This document shows, in pieces, positions 17,118 through 29,100 of a stretch of DNA of 64,000 nucleotides (the first letter of the stretch is position 1; each line of letters opens with the position of its first letter). The stretch is from the NCBI GenBank assembly GCA_002482965.1, contig DLGZ01000025.1, positions 16,777 to 80,776 of the forward strand, given 5' to 3'. Origin of the DNA: Verrucomicrobiaceae bacterium UBA7681 (lineage in GTDB: Bacteria > Verrucomicrobiota > Verrucomicrobiia > Verrucomicrobiales > Verrucomicrobiaceae). The position numbers and the translations under genes were made by a program. Under the pieces are notes generated by a model. It saw only the letters and a program-made list of their open reading frames with translations, was not told where the DNA came from and did no database searches.

Positions 17118-20100
17118 TCAGGAAACTGTGCGGCGGCGGCGCAGGAAGCTGAAGAGGCCCAGCATGAGAAGGAGGATGCGGGAGGGCTCGGGGACGACAA
17201 CGATGACGCCGTAGGTGGTGAAGGCGCTGGTGTCCCATGAAAGCCCGGGATCCAGCGACACGCTTGAGAGGTCCAAATTCGCCGTGGTAAAGCTGCCGGT
17301 GCCTGCGAGTGAGTCCAGCGTGCCCACTGTGGTCCAGTCGAGGAGTTTGAAGATGTTGCCAGCGTTAAGTGTGGCGCTGTTGTTGTTCACCTTGATCGTG
17401 CCGCCTGCGGTGGTGCCCAGATTGAAGGTGCCGTTGGTCAGCCTGACGCTGTCATAATCTCCGGACTGGTCCCAAATGGTGGTGTAGGCCGTGCCGGTGG
17501 CACCGCCGTGGGTGTTCAAATAGGTGTTGGCGTCGGTTGAGAAATCGAAGGAGGCGTCAACCTGCGAAGTAGAGGTGAGGCCGAGCTGAATCTGGCCACC
17601 ATTCTGGACGTCCACCGCTGTGCCAGCGGCTGTGAAGGTCAGGGTTTGATTGCTGGTGTCCGTGGCCCCCACGCCTGGAGCGAGAACGGCACCGCTGCTG
17701 ATGACGGTAGCGCCGGCGATGCTGCCTGAGCCTGAGAGTGTGCCGTCGATGCTTACCGTAACGATGCCGGAGCCGGCAAGAGCGCCGCTGGCGCCATCTC
17801 CCACCTGCAAGGTGCCTGCGGCCACGGTGGTGGTGCCAGAGTAGGTACTGGTCTGGTTGAGCACGAGGATGTTGGCGCCCAGTTTCTTGAGACCCACGCT
17901 GTTTGCGCCGCTGTTGGTGTCGGCGATGACACCGTCATAGGTGAAACTGCCACCGGTGGCGTTGGTGGTGTCGAGGCCAATGAATGAGCCGTCTGTGAAG
18001 CCGCCGGTGGGGGTGCCTAGCGACTTGATGACGTCCACATCCGATGCGGTGAATTCGCCGGTACCGCCGACGTTGAAGGCGGCAGTGGCACCGCTGCTGA
18101 CGACGATATTGGCGTCTGTCCAGCTTGCGGGGGTGTTGTTATAGAGTGCTGTCTCCACAAGGAACTGCAGGGTGCCGGCGGTGACCGTGGTGGTGCCGGT
18201 GTAAGAGTTCACGCCATCCATGTAAAGGGTGCCGGAGGTGGTCTTGCTGAAGGCAGTGCCGCCATTGAGTTCAGCGAGATTTTTCAAGGTGCCGGACTGA
18301 GCATTGAAGGCGATGGCATTGGTGGAAGCGCCGATGGATCTGCCGGTCATGTCCAGCAGACCGCCATCGAGAGTGATGGAGGCAATGCGGGTTCCTCCGC
18401 CGGTGCCGCTCACGATGTCTCCCTGAACGGTCAGAGTACCGCCGGTGATTCCGATGGAGGCGTTTGCAGTGCCGGTCGTGGCAATGGCCATGGTGACGGC
18501 GGTGGTGGCCAGAGTGACGTCACCCCCAGAGACATTGAGGGCGGTGGTCGTTGAACCGGTGCCGTTGGTGTTGCTGTTGCCCATGATGAGGGCCTGGCCG
18601 CTGCCGGAGCCGATGGTGACGGTGCCAGCTGTGACATTGATGATGGAACTCACCGCTCCGGTGTTGGAGTTGCTGGCGAGAGTGGCGGCCGTGCCCGTGC
18701 CGGAACCGATGGCGACGATGCCGCCGCCGAGGTTGATGACGTTCGTGTTGTTGCCAGAGGATGTCTTCGAACCCATGGTGAGATTGCCGGTGGTCAGGGT
18801 GCCTGTGTCGAAGGCAAAGAGGTTTTCTATCGGGCCGGTTCTGGTGGCCTGAGTGCCAATGGTCACCGCCCCGAAGAGCAGATCCGCCGTATGTCCGGTG
18901 ACATCGAAGGTGTTCCGATTGCCCGCAGGCAGCCCCACTCCAGTGACGCCGTTGATGGAAGCCATATTGAAGGCGGCGGCAGACACGCCGTCGGCAGCGC
19001 GAATGGTGACTGTTCCGTTTGAATTGAAGAAGGTGATGGAACCCAAATCGCGTCCGCCGGTACCGATGTTGACCGCATCAACGTTGATGACGTTGGTGGC
19101 AGTGCCGAGTTGCAGCGCGTTGATCTGGCCGAGGTTACCAGTGTAGGAGCCACCGCCGCCCACGGTCAGCGCGCTGGCCGTAATGGTGGTGTTCTGCGCG
19201 AGGATGAGAGTGCCGTATCCGGTGCTGTTGGTTCCGGAGGTGCTGCCGATCTGAAGAATGCCGCTGGTGGTGTTCAGGGAGACATCCATGGTGGACAGCG
19301 CACTGAAGTCGGCGGTGGAGATGTTGGTGTTCGAGTTGCCGACAAGGAAGGTCACGCCCGTGCCAGTGGTGTTGATGACACTGAGGGCGCCCAAACCTGA
19401 CGCGGTGAAAAGGGTCGTGGAATTAGCCGCCCCACTGCCCAAGGTCACCGTGCCGCCAACTGTGAGGGTCTCCCCGGCACCGATGAGAATCTGATTGGTT
19501 TCTGCCGCTGTGTTCGTCTGCACGAGCAGGTTTCCGGCGAAGGTGGCGCTGGCAGTGGAGAGATCGAGCGTGCCTGCCGTGGAGGTGGAATTGGCAGTGC
19601 CGAAGTTCAACGCCCCCCCGAGGCTCTGGTCTGCGGTGAAGCGCAGGATACCGTCGTTGATGCTGGTAGCACCCGAATACGAACCGGGGCCACTGATGAC
19701 CCAGGTGTTCGTGTCCAACTTGATCAAGGTCAGTACGCCAAGGCCGTATTCATCGAGGCCACCCAGGGTGTTGTCCAGCAGAGGGTCGGAGAGTCCCCTC
19801 AGGGTGAGAGTTTTGTTGCCTGCGGTTTCAAACTGAACTCCGCCGAGCACCAGCGCGCCGGTGCCTGAAGAGTCCAGGGTGAGAGCACCGGTGGTGCCCT
19901 GCATGCCGATGGTGCGATCACTGATGCTGCCGCTGCCGGTGTAGATGAGCGTGGTGGCCACGGTGGAGAGACCCACGTGAATGACGCCGTCCTGCGCAGT
20001 GGCGGAACTGCCCAGCGCGCTGGCACCGCCGCCCACGCTGGTGATGGAGTTGAAGCTGAGAGTGCCAGCCTGAACTTCGACAGGACCAGCGAAAGTGCTC

Positions 20101-23100
20101 AAGCCGGTCAGGGTGAGCGTGTTGGTCTGTGTTTTCAGCAAGCCACCAGCGCCTGCCAGCGCGGTATCGACACTGATATCACCGGTGTTGCCGAAGTAGA
20201 AGCCGGCGCTGGCCGTGATGGAGCCAGAACCCAGAATGACAGGACTGTCGCCAAAGACGGACACCAGTCGGGCGGTGATGTTGTAGCTGACCAAATCCAG
20301 CGTGGCACCGGCCCCGATGTTGAGATTCCCACCCACACCTGTGGCATTGTCGGCATTGATGATCAGCGTGCCGCCGAAAATGTTGGTGGCCCCCGTATAG
20401 GTAGCGGCGGCGTTCAATATCAGGTTTCCCGCCCCAGTTTTGGTCAGGTCACCCACACCGGAGCCAACCGATTGATTGAGCGACAGATTATTGCCGTTGG
20501 TGTCAATGGTGGCACCACCCTGGAGGAAGATGATGCTGCGCAGTGAAATGTCATCCGAGAATCCGGCACCCAGGCGCAGAGTACCACCGGCGAAGACGAG
20601 TGAGCCTGTGGCACCGCCGATGTTGTCGAGAGAGGCGATTTCGAGTACGCCTTCATTGAGGGTGGTCTTCATGGTGCCACCGCCGGCAGTATTGACGCCG
20701 CTGAGGATCAAGGTACCACGACCGGACTTGGTGATGTCCGCCGTGGACGTCAGCGGAGAGTTGATGCTGGCCGTGAGGTTCTCAAGGGTGGCGTATTGAT
20801 AGGTCTGGCTGCTGGCGGTTAATGTGGAGGGCAGACTCATGAGGAAGTGGGTCGCATCCGTCACACTGAGCACGGTGGCACCCGATGCGATGCCCGCTCC
20901 GAAAACCGGCATGCCCGCCAGCAAGCCCGTGGTGCTGGCCACGGTGACGATCGAACTCCCAATCGTGGTGGAACCGGTCGTCAGACTGTTGGAGGAGTTT
21001 GGATTGATCACGCTGAACACGTATTCGTTGGTGCTGCCTACAGTGATACCGTTGTCGAAGCCGCCAAGGGTGGTGGTGTAGGCGATGTTCGTCACCGCAC
21101 CGGTGACGGTGAAGAGCAGCGCACCGCTGGTGACTCCCAGGGTTTGACCCGCGCCGGAACCGGTGACGTTGAGCGCCACAGTCGCGGTGTTGTCAAAGAC
21201 CAGTGCGTTGATTGTCTTGCCGCCAAGTCCGGTGAGGTCGGTGCTCAACGACTCGCGGACATTGTCGGTGGTGCCGGCGAGAGCGTAGGTGTTGTACTCC
21301 GTGGCGAAATCGAGCGGGCGGAAACCAGCGCCGCTGACATAGGTCACGAGAGAGTTGCCCATGTTGGTGGCGGCCAATGCATTGGAGCCGATGTCTTCAC
21401 CGACAGCCCATGGCACAATGCTGATGTTCTTGGTGCCTGCGAGACCGCCGCCACCCACGAGGTTGCTGGAGATAAACGTTGCGTCGCTGGCGGTGACGAT
21501 GCGGAACTGATTGTTACGGGCGTTGGTGCTGCCCAGGTTGGTACCACGAATGTTCAGCGTGGAATTGTTCAGGCGCACGATGTCACTCGCAATGATGTCC
21601 GAGTCATCATTGGACGTGGTGGCTTCCATGCCGACATAGCTGGCACCGGAGGCTGCCGTCACCACACCCACGGTCTCATCGAGAGTTCCATCCTGATCGG
21701 TGCGGATGGAGAGGCCGCGCACAATGGTCTGACCTTGGAGGGTGCCGTCTGCGGAGTCGAGCGTGATGGCCGTGGTGTCGAGAATGCGTGTGCCGGAGCG
21801 GGTGGTGCTGTTGTTGTCGATGAACAGGGCTCCATTCTTGCTCACACGGATGATGGAGGCATTGATCTGACCGATGCCGCTGAGCTGGAGAGTGCCGCTG
21901 GCGACCGTGAAGACGCCGGTAAACCCCGTGCTGATGTTGTTCAGATTGAGATTGCCGGCGCTCAGCTTGACGATGCTGCCGGTGCCGGTGAAGAAACCTG
22001 CATAAGTCGTGCTGGAGACTTCATTGATGGTGAGGGTGTGAGTTCCCACGGCGACGGTGCCGTTGTCTGAATTGGTGGCGCGCTGGCCACCGGAGAGCCG
22101 ACCGATGGTCTCGTCGTCCAAGAGTTCCAAGGTGGTGTCCAGATAGGCATTGAGCGAGACGATGGAATTGTCACCAATGGCATTGCCGCCGGAGACCTGA
22201 AGAGTGCCCTGGAGGATTTCCGTTTCATCGGTGTAAACGTTGTTGCCGGTGAGGAGGAGGGTGCCCGTGCCGGACTTGGTCACTGCATGATTGATGCGGA
22301 TGTCCGAGCTGATGGTGAAAGTCTGGGCGCTTTCCTGAGTGATGATGAGTTCGGTGACGCCCGAAGCGAGGGTGCCGCCCTGAATGCTGGGTGTGCCGCC
22401 GACATTGGAGGTGACGAGGATGCCGCCGCTGGCGATGCTGAGGAGGCCTCCCGAAGCGATGTTCAAATCCGAACCCGCCACGGCATCAAAGCGGAGGCTG
22501 TTGATGCTCAGGCCCTGAAGCGTGCCGCTGAACCCGGTGGTGTCATCGGTGACATGATCACCAACGGCCCAGGTGGTGACGTCGTTTTCAATGGTGGAGA
22601 CAAGTGCAATGATGTTTCCGCCCGAGTTGGTGGCGAACCAGACGCCGGTGCCATCATCCACCGTGGCGAAACCGCTGAGGCCCAACAAGCCCTGGGCGCC
22701 GTTGACCGTGGTGGTGGTAAAACCATGGGTGGCGCTCTGGGTGCCGGTGGGCAGGATGAAGCGGATGGTGCCATCCCGGTTGGTGGAAGTGCGGGTGATC
22801 GCCCCCAGATTGAGAACCATTTCCTGCCCTGCCCCGGGAGTGAGCGTGATGGTGCTGGCGCTGCTGTTGTCGCTGGTAGCGCTGCCGTCCAGAGTAATGC
22901 TGGCCACGGTCTGACTTGTCGCAGCACTGGCGTTGCCGGTGAGAACGAGATTGCCACCGAGAATCTCGAGAGCGGAGGTGGTGCGGAGCTTGGTCGTGTT
23001 GCTGATGGTGTAATCCAGGACCAGAGTGCCTTCATAGAGGATGCTGCTGCCCGTGGAGCCGAGTCCGCTGTTGTCGCCCTTGAGAGTGACGGTGCCGGAG

Positions 23101-26100
23101 CCGAATTTTTCGAGCGCGGTGGAGCCGGTGCTGGCGAGGTTGGCGTTGACGATGCCGTCGTAGAGATTGATGTCGCCATTGGTCACGGTCACCGTGCCAG
23201 TGCCGTCGATCTGGCCCGTCAAGATGGCTGAGCGCTGACCGACATCGAGACGCAGGGTGGTGATATTGAAAGTATTGGTGTTGAGAACACCCGACTCAGG
23301 TCCGCCCGAATCTCCCAGAATGATGAAGTCCAGACCGCCGCTGTTGGCTGCGCCGTTCACATCGTCAGCGTTGAGATTGATGACCGCCCCGGTGCGGGCA
23401 TAGAGGCCGCTGCTGGTTCCCGCAGGGGTGGCGGCGGCGAGTACGCCGGTGGTGTTCAGGTTCAGCACGGTGCCGACACCTGTCACGATGACATCATCGG
23501 CGATGGTGACGGTGTTGTCTCGGAGGGTCCAGATGCCGGAATTCACGAGGAGATCCGCCGAGGCCGCCCCGAGGGGCTGAGCGATGCCGCCGCTGATGAT
23601 GCCTTCTCCGGTGCCAATGAGAGTGAGGACATTGTCGGTCGCCATCGTGATGGCACCGGCATAGGTGATGATGGCGCCCGAGGTGCCGCTGGCTTCCAAA
23701 GTCGGGCTGGCTGATATCGTGATCAACCTGTCGGTGGACTGACTGGTGTCGCCCATGAAACGGAGCGAGGAGGTGCCGAGGATATTGATGGCCGAACCCA
23801 TGCCGAGGCTGCTGGCGGCACCACCGATGTTGGTAACGGTGTTGAATTCGAGAGTTCCCTCCTTGAGCGAAATGTCGCCGCTGAAGGTATTGGCCCCTGT
23901 GAGTGTTACGGTCCGGCTGGTAACACCCCAGGCGCCAAGTTCGTCATTGATGGCAAGGTCGTATCCCATGCCGCCATCGGAGATGACAGCAGAAATGAGC
24001 AACGACCTGACGGACGAACCCTGGTAGGTGAGGCTGGCGTCGTTGCCGAGGACGATGGAGTTGGTGATGTTAATGAGGCTGAAATTGTCCGACGCCTGGC
24101 TGATGCGGAGCGCGTTGTTTGCGTTGGTGGCGCTGCCGATGGTGATGATGCCAGTGAGGTTCACGGTCATGTCGCTCACGGGTGTGCCCGAGGCGTCTGC
24201 ACTGAGCTCAAGAATACCCCCGGAGCCATCCACGGCGATGTTTTGGCCCAAGTTGTGGGTGGTGCCGCCCGCGGTCACAAACTGAATGCGGCCCATGGTG
24301 GCGGTGATGTCTCCCGTGCCGAGACCGGTGACGGTCTGAGTCTGAATGGTGCCGCGGATGAGATTGATGCCCCCGGACCAGCTGCTGTTTTCCGCCTGAA
24401 AGTAGAGCGTGCCGGTGACCTGGTTTCCGCTGGAGAGGGTGGTGATGCTGTCCACGGTGAGGCTGCCAGAACCGCTCACGATGCCACTGAGAACGACATT
24501 GCCTTGAGTTGCGGTGAGCACGGCTGAATTGGACCCGCGCATGTTGATGAAGGAATTTGCGCTGACATTGACCGTGCCGGTGTAGTAATTGTTGCCGGCA
24601 TTGCCGCCAGCAGAAAGAGTGCCGCCGGACAGGGTCAGGTTGTTGGCCACGCCGGTCGCTGCGGAATTGGCGGCCCCATTGTAGTAGAAGGCGCCGCCGC
24701 TGCCGACGGTGATGGTGGCGAGGTTGCCGTTGATCTTGCTGCCCAAGGCGGTGGCATCGAGGATTTCCAAAGTGCCTGCATTGATGTTGAAGTCTGAGGT
24801 GAGCGTGCTGTTGAAGGTCAGATCAGCGGCGTTGGTGAGTGTGACCCTGCCCAAGCCGCTTTTGATGACATCGGCCTCACCGAGGAGGGAGCCAATGGAG
24901 AGTACGGAGCCTGCGTCTGCCACGGTCCAAGTCTGGTCCGAGCCGAGGCGGACGGGAGCGGTGATGTTCACGGTGGCGGGTCCGCCCGTGGTGATGGTGA
25001 TGCCATCGGAGGCGACCTGCGGGGCGATGCTGAGGCGGAAGGAAGGATCCACACCCGAACCGATGGTCACGGAGGCAGGCGTGTTCGCGCCGTTTGTGGC
25101 GGCTTCGAAGGTGAGTGAGTTGATCTTGACGCTTTGTTCCAAGGTGGTGGAGACTGCCGCATTGCTGGCTGCATCCCATTGGAAGATGACATCTGTTCCC
25201 TGACCTGGAGTGGAGAGCGCCACGATGGTGCCCGCTTTGTCCTGAGACCAGTTGTTGACGTTCCCGTTCCAGGTGGTGTCCGTCAAACCGCGCCAGTAGG
25301 AGGTGCCGGTGATGAGGGTGCCGGTGGTGATGGAAATGAGGTTGTCCGTCTGATGGATGGTGATAGAGCTGAAACCACCCGGGGTCAGACCCAGTATCCA
25401 ATCGCTGGCGCCAAGAGGGCCGGTGATCAGACCCCCGTCTGCGGAAGAAATCAGGCTGTAGGTTTGGGATGCATTCAGGCCTGTGTCGCTGAGATTGAGC
25501 GTGATCTGATTTCCCGCGAAGAGATTCAAGGTTCCGCCTGCGAGCAATCCGAGGAGGTCGGTGTTGGCGTTGTCACCCGGCGTGATGCCGTCACCCACAT
25601 TGAATCTGAGAGTGGTCATGGTGCCGCCGGAGGAGCCGAGGGAGAGGAGGGTCAACTGGTTGAGCTGGTTCCCTGCGCCATCGAGAAGGTTGAGGGTGGA
25701 ACCGTTGTCAACGATCACACTGGTGACCGCCAAGGGAGCGGAGATACCGCCGGTGAGAGCGAGCGTGGAGGCGTTGGTGACACTGAGGCCGGTGGTGCCA
25801 TTGAGCGAGGAGCCAACGGTGAAGGAACCGCCGTTCACGTTTGTGGTGCCGGTGTAGGTCAATGAGACGCCGTTGGAGATGGTCGCATCCGCAGAACCCG
25901 TCTTGGTAATGGAGAGGGCGCCGCCGCCGCTGTTCTGAATGGAGTAGGTGCCGACCCCGCCGCCATAGATCACTGCGGAGTCGTTGGCACCGACGGTCAG
26001 GGAGGCGGCGGTGGAGGAGGTGTTGTCGATGGCTGCAGTGCCGTCGGTGTTTGCGGTGAGACCATTGATGGTCTGGGAGGTGCCGTTGAGATCGAGCGTG

Positions 26101-29100
26101 GCGGTGTCGGCATTGGCCAGTTCGGGAGTCAGCAGCACGCTGCCAAAGCCAGCGCCAGAGGCAATGGCATTGTCAGCGCCCATGCGCAGGGTGCCGCGGT
26201 CGATATCCGTGCTGGCGTTGTTTAAGTTGTAGTTGGAGCTGCTGCCATTGAGCTGAAGGACGCCGTCACCGGTCTTGGTGAGTACGATGCCGAAGGAGGT
26301 GGTGGTGGTGAAATCGCCGTCGATGATGGTCAAGCCCGACCCGTCCACGGTGAAAACGCGGTTGGCGGTGAGGAGGTTTGCGGTGGCTCCGGCAAAGGTC
26401 AGGGACTTGCCGCTGACGACGTTGTTGTTCAGGCCGTTGTTGTTCGCGGAGGTCAGCAACTGGAAAACACTGGTGGTGGTGAGGCTGTAGTCACCTGCGA
26501 AGGCGGTGGTGGTGTTGTTGACGAGGCGGACAACGTTATCGATGGTGCGGTCTGCACCGTAGGAGAACAGGGTGCCGTTGCTCCAGTCCAGATTGCCGGT
26601 GCCGAAGGCGTGGTCGTCACCGATGCCGAGCGAGCCTGCGGTGAAGGTGGTGGTGCCGGAGTAGTCGTTTGAGCCGTTGGTGAGGATCCACATGGCGGAG
26701 CTGTCCACCTGAATGCCCAGGGTGCCTCCGTTGTCAGAGAGCTGGCTGGTGATCATGTTGCCGGCGGCATTGACGCCACGAAGGAGGAGCACCTTGTTTC
26801 CAGCCACGAGGTCATTGGCCACATTGGTGAGGATCAAAGCGCCAACGCCGTCGGCGTGGATTTGATTGCTGCCGGTGGTGGTGTTGAGGCGGATGTAGCG
26901 GTCGCTGGTTTCACCGAGGCCGATGTACTCCAAGATGCCGACCGTGGTGCCGCCGTTACCGAGGAGAATGGCACCTGCATTGGTGTTGCCGAGAGTGGCG
27001 TCACCGACGCTGGTGCTGCCGCCCGAGGCGCTGTTGCCAAGGGTGACAACGGCGAGCGTGCCCTGCCGCACCAAGGTCTGCCCGGTGTAGGTGTTATCAC
27101 CGCGCAGATTCAGGATGCCCGCGCCTTCCTTGGCCAGATTGCCTGCGCCGGAGATGACGCCACTGATGGTGGCGAAGTCCGCGCCGATGGTGGTGAAGTC
27201 ACCCACATTGACCTGACGGTAGCCGTCGCCAGAAAAGTTAGTGGAGACACCGGTAGAATCCAGTACACCCGTGCCAGAGGTGAGGGTGAACTGTGTGGCG
27301 CTGATGATGTTGGCAATCGTCGCGCCGACGGGGATGGCGGCGTTGCCGGTAATCGTCTGGCCGGCGGTCAGTCCGGCCGTGGTGCCAGAAGCAACAGTCA
27401 CTGTGGCGCTTCCGGCTGCAGTCGTCAGAGACAGGCCTGAGATGGTGGTGCCCTTGGTGATCTCAAAGCCGTTGAGCATGGTCACGTCTGACTTGGCGAG
27501 GCCGCCCACCGTTTGCGAGATGGCATTGAAGAGGAGGGCACCGCCATCGAGAAAGCCTGCTGTGGCGCCCCAAATCGGATTGCTGCCGAGATCCACAGTC
27601 AGCGAGGCACCGCCCGCAGAAAAACCGCCAGCGGCTGCACCCGAAAACTGCACCTGATTGGCACCGGTGCCGAGGGTACGCGTGAAGGCGCCTGTGGTGG
27701 CCAGGGAACCCCCATTCAACACGAGATTGGAGGCTGTCGGCAGACTGATGCCGTCATCGGCATAGAGGAGGCCGCCGCGGATTTCGGTGACGCCTGAATA
27801 GCCGTTGGTGGCTTCCAAATACCAAACACCTGCATCCGCCTTGTAAACCGAGGTCACTGCTGCGCCGTTGTCATTGATGATGGGAAAGAAGCGGTTGTCC
27901 CCTGTGGAGGTGCCGCCCAGAACGAGGCCCTGGGCCTTGCCGGCGGCGGCACTGCCGAATGCCAAAGCGCCGGTGTTGGTGAAACTCAGCGTGGCTCCGT
28001 TCACCCCATTGGCCTGGATGCGTGCGCCGCCATTGGTGCTGCCGTTGAAGGTGAAGAGGCGGTCGGTGAAATCATTGGTGGTGCCGGCGAAACTGAGACC
28101 GCCGTAGGATTGAATGGTGCTGGTGCCGGTGAAGACGAGATTGCCCGCGTCACTGGTGGCCGCGCCGAAACCGCTTTCGAAACCGCCGTTAGCCACATTG
28201 TTCACGGTCACGATGCCAGTCGAGGCAATGGTGGTGACGCCGGTGTAGTTGCTCAGGCCCAACCAGCTTTGCGCACCGGTGCCCGTTTTGAGAATATTGA
28301 TGACGCCATTGGTTTCCGTGAATGTACCGAAAGATGTTCCGGTGCCGTTGCTTCCGCCGACGTTGAAGGTGACTGCAATGGAACTGGAATTGGTCAGGGT
28401 GCCAGCGTTGTTCCAGGAGTTGGTGCTGCCGCTGGGTGTGACACCGTTCAAGTCAATCGTGGCGCCCTGACGCACCGAGACACTGACATTGCTTGCCGCG
28501 AGACGCCCGGTGCCGCTGAGTTGCACGGTGCCTTCATTGATGTTGACCGTGCCAGTCTGCGCATTCACTCCAGCGAGCACCAGCGTGCCTTCGCCGACCT
28601 TGGTGAAGCCACCGGTGGTGGTGCTGGTGATCGGCGCATTGAGAGTCAGAGTGTTCGCGCCGCCATCCACATTGATGACCAGTGCTCCGCTGCCGCCGGT
28701 GCTGACACCTGTGCCTGAGATGGAGCCAGAGCCGCCGGTCAGGATGATGCCGCCGGAAGCATTCGTGGCAGCAGCGGTGCGGATGGTAAGAAGGCCGGTC
28801 ATGGTGAGCGCCTGGGCACCGTTGATTCTCAAGGAGTCGATGGTGACTGCTGCATTGCTGAAACTGCCGGTGATTTCATTGCTCATACCAGCGGTGAGCG
28901 CCGTTGCCGAGGTCGCAAAATCCGCATCGCTGGCGTAATCGGGCGCACGCAAGGCAAGCCCTGCACCGGGGACAAAAGCGAAGTCAGAACCGTTGTAGAA
29001 AAGGCCAGCATTGGCGATGTTGTTTGTGATGCTGGTGGTGGTGAACGAAACGGTGTCACTGCTGGTGGGAGCCACGATGTTCACGGTGCCGCCGGCCCCG

